DNA from: Octopus vulgaris
Lineage: Eukaryota
Direction: 5' to 3'
DNA length: 64,000 nt
Assembly: GCA_951406725.2 (NCBI GenBank)
Contig: OX597821.1
Coordinates: forward strand, 92,256,001-92,320,000
Below, piece after piece: positions 54,001 to 64,000 of the stretch (its first letter is position 1; each line of letters opens with the position of its first letter). Made by a program: the position numbers and the translations under genes. Under the pieces are notes generated by a model. That model searched no databases, was not told the DNA's origin, and saw only the letters and a list, made by a program, of their open reading frames with translations.

Positions 54001-54476
54001 TGTGAGCTGGCAGAACGGTTAGCACGCCGGGCGAAATGTGTAGCCATATTTCGTCTGGCGTTACGTTCTAAGTTCAAATTCCGCCGAGGTCGATTTTACC
54101 TTTCATCCTTTCGAGGTCGATAAATTAAGTACCTATTTCTTTATTACCCACAAGGGGCTAAACATAGAGGGGACAAACAAGGACAGACATAGGTATTAAG
54201 TCGATTACATCGATCCCAGTGCTTCACTGGTACTTAATTTATCGACCCCGAAAGGATGAAAGGCAAAGTCGACCTTGGCGGAATTTGAATTCACAACATA
54301 ACGGCAGACGAAATACCGGTATGCATTTCGCCCGGCGTGCTAACGTTTCTGCCATTTCACCGCCGATAAATTAAGTACCAGTTACGCACTGGGGTCGATG
54401 TAATCGACTTAATACCTATGTCTGTTCTTGTTTGTCCCCTCTATGTTTAGCCCCTTGTGATTAATAAAGAAATAGG
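54001..54476. mobile_element. Family B SINE with an antisense family B copy inserted inside it
   Basis: GATAAATTAAGTACC duplicated at 54119-54133 and 54365-54379. Confidence 0.85.
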
Positions 54477-54734
54477 TAATGTAATACGCATTCCCTTTAG
54501 AATATGGTTCCACACCAAAAATACTGTTCCATTGGCATCAGTAAAGTTTCATCATCATCATCATCATCATCCTCATCCTGATCATCATGATGACACTAAT
54601 GATCATGGTGGCAGCAACAATGACAGTGAGAAAGGCAATTATGATGACAGTTTAAATCGGAACATATCTTCCTTGTAAAAAATCGCTTCATCTCTTCATC
54701 AGAATGTTTAATTCACATTATTAAATGTAATGTA

Positions 54735-55062
54735 GGTAGGAGGGGGACTTTGAAAGGGGTCTCAGGGAGTAGTGTCCCCGCCTTCTTGATCTAGTTTTTC
54801 CACCACATTTCTTAAAATTCGTGGTAGAGACCTTGGGCTCGGGACCACTCATGTCTAGAAACTATGGTTGGGGGTAAGCAAGGGCATGCTCCCCATAGAA
54901 AAAATGCAGCTCCAAAAAAGCCCCATGATAGCAAAGGAGAATGGGCACCAACCAGCCAGCCCAAAGGTTGGGGTGGGGGCTGCACCTGCCTACCTCAGTT
55001 GCTATGGCATTGAGGTAGATCCGACAAGCCCCGTTAACGGGGACAAGACCTGGATTTAAAAC

Positions 55063-55107
<45 letters not shown>

Positions 55108-55125
55108 GGATGGTGATGATGATGA
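54735..55125 (+). mobile_element. Probable RTE-derived non-autonomous element with (GAT)n tail
   Basis: GC-rich body, terminal stem-loop CCCCGTTAACGGGG, then (GAT)n. Confidence 0.5.
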
Positions 55126-55417
55126 TGAGGAGGACACTATTAAATGTAATGGCTGCAACAAAGATTATGCAGGAAAACTAAACTTACTAAACAATACCTA
55201 TTTTCCTTCATCACACATATCTCATGGACCACACACACACATACACACACACACACACACACACATGCACATACTAATCTTATATGTGATATCCCCACAA
55301 AGCATATCCATAGGCTTCCCACACACACACACATGCATACAAAAATACATTAACACTTACCATTTCACCTATTGCCAATGGAGTGAACAATACTTAACAC
55401 ATCCTGCACGCATATTG

Positions 55418-56028
55418 TCTTCTTCTTCTTCTTCTTCTTCTTCTTCTTCTTCTTCTTCTTCTTCTTCTTCTTCTTCTTCTTCTTCTTCTTCTTCTTCTTC
55501 TTCTTCTTCTTCTTCTTCTTCTTCTTCTTCTTCTTCTTCTTCTTCTTCTTCTTCTTCTTCTTCTTCTTCTTCCTTCACCATCTACCACGTGGTCAGTGCA
55601 TATGCACAAGCTTCTTCTTCTTCTTCTTCTTCTTCTTCTTCTTCTTCTTCTTCTTCTTCTTCTTCTTCTTCTTCTTCTTCTTCTTCTTCTTCTTCTTCTT
55701 CTTCTTCTTCTTCTTCTTCTTCTTCTTCTTCTTCTTCTTCTTCTTCTTCTTCTTCTTCTTCTTCTTCTTCTTCTTCTTCTTCTTCTTCTTCTTCTTCTTC
55801 TTCTTCTTCTTCTTCTTCTTCTTCTTCTTCTTCTTCTTCTTCTTCTTCTTCTTCTTCTTCTTCTTCTTCTTCTTCTTCTTCTTCTTCTTCTTCTTCTTCT
55901 TCTTCTTCTTCTTCTTCTTCTTCTTCTTCTTCTTCTTCTTCTTCTTCTTCTTCTTCTTCTTCTTCTTCTTCTTCTTCTTCTTCTTCTTCCTTCACCATCT
56001 ACCACGTGGTCAGTGCATATGCACAAGC
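55418..56028. repeat. Very long (TTC)n array with a duplicated ~40-bp interruption
   Basis: CTTCACCATCTACCACGTGGTCAGTGCATATGCACAAGC follows each of two TTC runs. Confidence 0.95.
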
Positions 56029-56542
56029 AAAACCACAGGTCCTACATGTTATGCGCATTAATCTTATGGACTCAAAACGTCTACATGGACCCTATACATC
56101 AGGCACACACACAGACTGTTACACCAACAGATAAGACAGCAGTCAGGTTGAGTGCATGGACAATTAGACAGATATATAGGGAGACCAATATATCTATCGA
56201 TTGATAGTTTGATATATTGATTGATCTGAGAGTCTGACAGAGTGATAAATAGACAACTAGACTGACACATATATAGATGAACTGTTAGCTTAGCACACTG
56301 ATGTATAAATTGACTAAAGACATTTAGACACATTAGCTTTATAGTTTGATAGATGGGCTACATAGACAGAGGAAAGGTAATATATGTGTGTGTTTCTCTG
56401 TATAAATGTTTCTAGGTCTTCTTTATTTTTATGTCCATTCTTCTTCTTCTTCTTCTTCTTCTTCTTCTTCTTCTTCTTCTTCTTCTTCTTCTTCTTCTTC
56501 TTCTTCTTCTTCTTCTTCTTCTTCTTCTTCTTCTTCTTCTTC

Positions 56543-57275
56543 AGGCCCAGTCTGATCTGGCAGTGTTTCTACAGCTGGATGCCCTTCCTAACGCCAACCA
56601 CTCCGTGAGTATAGTGGGTGCTTTATACGTGCCACCCGCACAGGTGCCAGACGGAGCTGGCAAACGGCCACGGACGGATGGTGCTTTTTACGTGCCACTG
56701 GCATGGGGGCCAGGTGAGGCTGGCAACGGTCACGAACGGATGGTGCTTTTACGTGCCACTGGCACGGGGGCCAAGCGAGGTTGGCAACGGCCACGAATGG
56801 ATGGTGCTTTTTACATGCCACCGGCACGGAGGCCAGATTATTGATTGAAATTTTTTCAGCATCTGGGAGCACTTTTTGTTACTAATGCTTACAATGTTTT
56901 TTGAAATAAAGACCCTCTTATTTTGCACATCTTTGGAGGTGCCAGGCCACTAAACCATTTGTTGTCATGTAGAATGACAACATCGCTGCTTATAACTCAC
57001 GGTAACTGGAGAAATCATCATCATCGTTTAACGTCCGTTTTTCCATGCTAGTATGGGTTGGACGATTTGACTGAGGTCTGGTGAACCAGATGGCTGCACC
57101 AGGCTTCAATCTTGATCTGGCAGAGTTTCTACAGCTGGATGCCCTTCCTAACGCCAACCACTCCGAGAGTGTAGTGGGTGCTTTTATGTGCCACCAGTAC
57201 AAGGGCCAGTCAGGCAGTATTGACAACAGCCACGCTCAAATGGTGCTTTTTATGTGCCACCTGCACAGGAGCCAA
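56543..57275 (-). mobile_element. Two family E elements; the first has an internal ~60-bp tandem repeat
   Basis: CTGGATGCCCTTCCTAACGCCAACCACTCC core; repeated GGCAACGG.CACGAA.GGATGGTGCTTTT. Confidence 0.75.
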
Positions 57276-57409
57276 TGCAAACAAATACATACACAAGTAC
57301 ACAAAAGCACATACATATGCGCACATACATAAATAAATGTATATACATACATAAATATATGTGTATATATATACATATAAGCATACACAAATGTATGAAT
57401 ACATATATA

Positions 57410-57814
57410 TACTCCTTTACTCTTTTACTTGTTTCAGTCATTTGACTACGGCCATGCTGGAGCACCGCCTTTAGTCGAGCAAATCCACCCCAGGACTTAT
57501 TCTTTGTAAGCCCACTACTTATTCTATCGGTCTCTTTTGCCGAACCGCTAAGTGACGGGGACGTAAACACACCAGCATCGGTTGTCAAGCAATGCTAGGG
57601 GGACAAACACAGACACACAAACACACACACATATATATATATACATATATACGACAGGCTTTTTTCAGTTTCTGTCTACCAAATCCACTTACAAGGCATT
57701 GGTCGGCCCGGGGCTATAGCAGAAGACACTTGCCCAAGATGCCACGCAGTGGGACTGAACTCGGAACCATGTGGTTGGTTAGCAAGCTACTTACCACACA
57801 GCCACTCTTGCGCC
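57410..57814 (-). mobile_element. SINE family A, full length
   Basis: Similarity to other copies. Confidence 0.85.
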
Positions 57815-59111
57815 ATATATATGTTTATATTTACACACAAACACACACACACAATGAGCTTCATTCAGTTTCCACTTATAAGGTTTTGTCAAATCAAGGC
57901 TATAGCAGAAAGCATTTGCCCTAGGTAGTGAGTAGTGATACTGAAACCAAAATCACGTCATAAGAAAGGATGGCCAAAACATATACTAAGACGCATGGAT
58001 GATATATTTATGGGCACATATTGCATGTCATTCTATAGCTGTATTTCACATTTAATTATATTATACACACATACATACCAACACTTAAATGCTATCTCTT
58101 TTTCTCTCCCCTCTCCATCTCTTACACCTCCCTCTAGCTCTTCCGCTTCCTACTTCTCTCTTTTGTTATTCTTCCTCTCTACCTCTTTCCCTATTTATCT
58201 CTCCTCTTTTTCTTGCTGTCCTCCCCTGTCTCCCCAGTTTCTATCTCTATTATCTAGAAGTTGCTGCATATTTCAGTTCTGCTTTCATACTACTCAACTT
58301 CCTTTCTCTACTATACCTGCAAAGCAAATACATGTCAGTTATTTAGTATCGTGTTATTAATTTTACTCCTTCTTCCTTTCTTTCCTTTTATTGCATTAAA
58401 TATGTATATCCTGAAATTTTGGGGCCACTTTCATTTCGTTGTAGTTAGTGTATTTATTTTCACTGCACACACATTTTAATTGCTGTTTTATTTTATTGCA
58501 CTTGAGTTTTCTACATTTTTTCACCCTGTCTTTTGCTTAGCAGACTTTATATATTGTTTGCTATTTTCCTTATTTGATCATCTTCCTTTTTAGTTTTTTA
58601 ATAGCCAGATAAAATACACAGAAATAAATTTAGGAAGATCTATCTATCACTATATATATATATACATACACACACACATACACTTACATACACACACACA
58701 CACACACATGCATTCCTCATATGCTAGTGGGGTTGACAAGAACCATATGACTGTGAACCAAATTCCTGAGTCATATGGCCCTACCAATTTCAAAAGTTTC
58801 TTAGAGTATAGACACTTTAGAGGAATAATCCTATTATTCCATCCATCACTCCAAACACCAATTGCACATTAATTATTCTTCAGCGTCTGTTAACACAATG
58901 CTCTTCAGAGCTAATAATAATGGGTTTCAATTCTCCTGGTTGGAATACTGTGGCCATTAGGGTTTATAATTTCATCTGACTTTAAACCACAGTTAGTAAT
59001 TAGAAGACACATTTGAAATTTTCACCCATAATCTGTTGTTTTAAAAATCCTAGAAGACAAGTGTATTATCAGTCAATTAAATCCAACTGAATGTAAATTG
59101 TTAAACTTGTA

Positions 59112-59197
<86 letters not shown>

Positions 59198-59460
59198 CCT
59201 CTCTCTTCCAAGAGACAAGGCAGTGCTTTTAACTCTTTACAAGGTTTCTGAAATTAGTGGTGGGGAAGAAGGAATGTATTTTCAAACTAGTGGCCCAATC
59301 AGAATTCTTACAACCTAATGTAATCCACTAAAGGCTTCCAAAGTGGTAGATAGCATGAAACTGATGAATTAAATCTACTCTCCAAGTAGGCTGTGATGGG
59401 ATTTGAATTCAGAAGGCAAAGAGACAAAGAGTAAATATCTCAATGCATCTGGTATAATGT

Positions 59461-59846
59461 AGCCACATGGTTCCGGGTTCAGTCCCACTGCGTGGCACTT
59501 TGGGCAAGTGTCTTCTGCTATAGCCCTGGGCCAACCAATGCCTTGTGAGTGGATTTGGTAGACGGAAACTGAAAGAAGCCTGTCGTATATATGTATATAT
59601 ATAAATATATGTGTGTGTGTGTATTTGTTTGTGTGTCTGTGTTTGTCCCCCTAGCATTGCTTGACAACCGATGCTGGTGTGTTTACGTCCCCGTCACTTA
59701 GCGGTTCGGCAAAAGAGACCGATAGAATAAGTACTGGGCTTACAAAGAATAAGTCCCGGGGTCAATTTGCTCGACTAAAGGTGGTGCTCCAGCATGGCCG
59801 CAGTCAAATGACTGAAACAAGTAAAAGAGTAAAAGAGTAAAGAGTA
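59461..59846 (+). mobile_element. SINE family A, 5'-truncated
   Basis: Similarity to other copies. Confidence 0.85.
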
Positions 59847-60832
59847 ATGTTCTGATGGTTTTGCCATTACACTCTCCATCAACTCCAAAAGAGTGAAAGC
59901 AAAGTTGACCTTTGTGAGATTTGAACCCAGAGCACTGAGTATTAGAACACAGTGTAAGACATTCTATCTGAATCTTTAACAAATCTGCCAACTGTTTATT
60001 ATCAATTTATGGGGGAAATGAAGGTGGTGAGCTGGCAGAGTTGTTAGCACACCAGGCACAATCCATAGCAGCATTTCAACAATCTTTACATGCTGAGTTC
60101 AAATTCTGCTGGGGTCAATTTTTCCTTTAATCCATTCAGGGCTTGATAAAATTAGTACCATTTTGAATTATCCCCTCCCTTGAAATTGTTGGCCTTATGC
60201 CAGAATTTGAAACTATTATCATTATCTGATGCCCTAACAAGTTTACCAAGTCTTTATTATGGGGAATATTGAGGTCTTAGCAATGTCTATATTGAAATAT
60301 TCTTTGATATCTTTGTTGTCAATCTCAGAGTAATGGTGCAATGCCAGGAGTTTTGAATCGTAGTGCCGATGCTGTCTACTGCAGAACCTGCATACATCCT
60401 AGAGCAAGCAGATAACCCTACAACTTTGTTATATACTGTGTAAAAACTGGCATACAATTGTCATGTCTGCTACTAGGCTTTTTGACAGCTTTGGATGAAC
60501 CATTATATTTGCCATTATTCTGGAAACAGTAAGGCAACAAGCTGGTAGAATTGTTAGCATGTTGGGCAAAATGCTTCACAACTTTCCATCTGTCTTTATG
60601 TTCTGGTTTCAAATTCCGACAAGGTTGGCTTTGCCTTTCCTCCTTTCAGGGTCAATAAACTAAGTACTTAACAGTACTGGGGTCGATTTAATCAACTTAC
60701 CTACTCATCCAAAATTTCAAACCTTGTGCCTTTGGTAGAAGGGATTATTCTGTAGACAGTGGCATTGGAGACTATGCCATCAGCAGACCAATGATTTTAA
60801 ATAGTGGCTGAGCAACCAACCTGTGTAACAAT

Positions 60833-61410
60833 GCATATCATTACAGTAATAATATGCATAAGATCTGGTCATCAAATCTAAGAAGAGATTTCAAACTTAA
60901 AATCTTCAAAGCCACAGTCGAACCAATTCTACTATATGGCTCAAAAACCTGGACGTTATCAAAGAAGCTTGAGAGGCGGTTGGATGGAACTTACACTTGC
61001 CTCCTTATGAGAGCTCAAAATCTCTTGTGGATGCGTCAAAGCTTGAGAGGCGGTTGGATGGAACTTACACTCGCCTCCTTATGAGAGCTCAAAATCTCTT
61101 GTGGATGCGTCATCCAACCAAAGTACAAATATATGGGAAACTACCACCTGTATCATCTCTTGTGAAAGGTAGAAGAGTCCAGTTTGCTGGACATTGTTGT
61201 AGAGCTGAAAAAGAAGTAATTTCTGCTCTTCTCCTCTGGAAGCCATCTACTCACGATACCAGAGGGTGCATACTCTCCTCCCCTGATGTAATCTCCAGAG
61301 ATACAGGCATCCAGCAACAGGACCTCCATAATGCTATCATGGACCGTGAAGTCTGGCATAGCATAGTAAACTCCATTGTCTCGACCACAGTCGAACAATG
61401 ATAATGATGA
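60833..61410 (+). mobile_element. 5'-truncated RTE-group LINE with TSD and internal 74-bp duplication
   Basis: KLKIFKATVEPILLYGS.TWTL...RVQFAGH; (ATG)n tail; TGTGTAACAAT at 60822-60832 and 61411-61421. Confidence 0.85.
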
Positions 61411-62354
61411 TGTGTAACAATTGCTAACAACTGTCACAACTGTCTTCAGCAGCTTACAAGACCCAAACTCTGTTAAATAAGTCACAAGGGAATTATTCAT
61501 TGACCTGATGGTGCAAAGAGAAATCACAGATTCAGTGCATTACATCAGAATGTCCAACCATAAGATCGTCTGCTACTTTGAGATGTATCACAATTGTAGA
61601 TTTTTCCTATTCAGTTCTACCTCTTCTTGTTGGAACTGAATAGTAGAGTTCTCTAGAACTAATCCTTCAACGAAGTACTTATGAACCAATGAAGGAACCT
61701 CAATGTAGTCACCCAATTTGCCAGCCATAGCAGCTAAATTTCACTCAAATTACATCCAATTGCCTTTAAAATGAAGGACACATTGAATAATGCAGGCCTA
61801 GATGCTTTATGTCTGGGAAGGAAAAGATGGGACATGATTATCTGAAATATCTTTGATAGGTCTGTTAGATCTTAATTGACATGATGCTAATACAACAAAT
61901 TAATATCTCAGAGTTATAGAACTTACATCAAAGATAAATGGCAACAATAAGAACAATGTCTAAATGAGGGATCCTTTATATGGTCACTCAATTTGCCTGA
62001 AATAGTAGTCAATTCTCAAATAAATCAAACATTCCCATCTGAAAAAAAACTGGGAGGGTATATGACATAATGTAGTTCTAGTGTGGCATTTAGGGTTTTT
62101 CCCACAAAATCACAAGATTCTGTGTTCAATTCCATGATCAGTTAGTGCATTGTCTCCTCAAGCAACACATTTTCTATCACGTTGCATTGCAATCACTCCA
62201 GCACTTTATCTGTACAGGTGTGTGGAACATCACACCTTTACAGACAATGTTGGTTTGGTAGTGGAAATGAGCTAATGTACAACACAAACATTTGATCACT
62301 ATAAGCAAATTGCATATGCAGGCTGGTTGCAAAACCTTAATCTATTATCCTCTT

Positions 62355-62690
62355 TTCTATTCTAGGCACAACGCTCAAAATTTTGGGGGAGGGGACCAGT
62401 TGATTAGGTCGACCTCGGCAGAATTTGAACTCAGAACATAAAGACAAACAAAATACCTATTTCTTTACTACCCACAAGGGGCTAAACACAGAGAGGACAA
62501 ACAAGGACAGACAAATGGATTAAGTCGATTACATCGACCCCAGTGCATAACAGGTACTTAATTTATCAACCCCAAAAGTATGAAAGGCGAAGTCGACCTT
62601 GGCGGAATTTAAGCTCAGAACGTAACGGCAGATGAAATATGGCTACGCATTTCACCTGGCGTGCTAACGTTTCTGCCAGTTCACCACCTT
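62355..62690 (-). mobile_element. SINE family B dimer
   Basis: Same ...AAAATACCTATTTCTTT junction as the other arrays. Confidence 0.8.
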
Positions 62691-64000
62691 AAAACCTTCA
62701 TCTATTTTCTATGACAGGTGAGTTAACGAGCCTATAAGATACATTATATATTTTAATACAATGAATTGAAAGGTCTTGCTAGAATGTTCATATTCATATG
62801 CCTATTCAACCAGCATCTAAATAACTCCAAAAACAATCACAGAATCAACTCTCATACACCTGGACAATAAAGGATATTTAATATTTGTGCTTTTTCTTTT
62901 TATAAAACTTTTCTCATCTATATATAAATGTTATTGCGTTAGCATAAATTAAAACTGATTATCACTTCCCAACTGTACATAAAATTGCAAATTTTCCTTT
63001 TATCCTTAATTATTCATTTTCTAATCCCTGGCTCCAATTTTCTCTCTTCCTCTCCCCACTCTCTCTCCTTTTCTCTCTCTCCCACCCCTTTTTCTGTTCT
63101 TTGTATTATTTCAAAGATTATTCCTATCTAAATTGGCAGTATACTGAAGTATAAATTCTTCAATAGTTGCAAGATAAGAATCTAAATGACTTCTTTCATT
63201 TCCTACACATTTTCATTATACTTTAAAACTCTCTCTCTCACTCTTTCTCTCTCTCTCTTTCTCTCTCTCTCTTTCTCTCCCTCTTCTCTTCTCTTTTCTA
63301 CTACCACATTTTGTTGCTATATTATGGGAAAATGTATTACTATAGATCTAAGGCAGCAGTTTTCAACCTTTTACCATTGTGATTCATTTCAGCAAATCAA
63401 TAACTCACCGTGACAATTTTCCAAAAATTTAATAAAATTAACTTTCCATACTTTTCTTGGGGAAATATTCAATTTTTGGTTGCAGTAAATGTTGTGATGC
63501 AAACTTACAAATATGTTATATAAGGAGCCATAACACATTCTTGAACATTTTATATTTTACCAAATATTTCTAAAGTAAAACATTTAATTTTTTTTCTATC
63601 TTTTATTATATTTTTTACCCCTTTAGTGTTAGACTGTAACCCATAGGTTTTGAACTAAAGAGTTAAGGTGAAGGCTGCAATATCCTGATGCAATATTTCT
63701 AATAACTTTTTTAAAACATATTTTTGCTTTTGGTTTAATCAATAAGGTTATAAATAGTTTCCCTTAGATATTGTATAATTGTGATTTCCAAGAAGTGCAT
63801 ACATCATCAATATTGATCTCAAATTCTGATACAAGGCCAGCAATTTCAGGGAGAGAAAAAGTCAATTATACCATCCCTGGTGTTCAACTGGCACTTATTT
63901 TATCATATAGATAGGAGCACTCCACCGGTTGCGACGATGAGGGTCCCAGCTGATACAATCAACGGAACAGCTTGCTCGTGATATTAACGTGCAAGTGGCT

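Overview
AT-rich, microsatellite- and transposon-saturated eukaryotic non-coding DNA. The SINE families and the (TA)n/(CA)n/(TAA)n/(ATC)n load resemble an octopus/coleoid genome (inference). No host protein-coding gene can be supported, and almost all listed ORFs are microsatellite or SINE read-throughs. Recognisable content: several tRNA-headed SINE families; LINE fragments (CR1/L2-group, RTE, R4/Dong-like with CCHC knuckle and RLE endonuclease); mariner relics; TTAA-flanked piggyBac-type MITEs; two non-autonomous Helitrons; a 28S rRNA fragment; a 2.2-kb tandem duplication; and a motif-dense candidate promoter/enhancer with an RFX X-box at ~19.3 kb. The main signal is a set of type I minimal hammerhead ribozyme (HHR) motifs from at least six unrelated repeat families. 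They include a 365-bp tandem repeat with one HHR per unit (retrozyme/Penelope-like architecture) lying inside a Helitron, and a tRNA-headed HHR element inserted as a head-to-head palindrome with a 13-bp target-site duplication. All alignments and folds were done by eye, and repeat boundaries are approximate.
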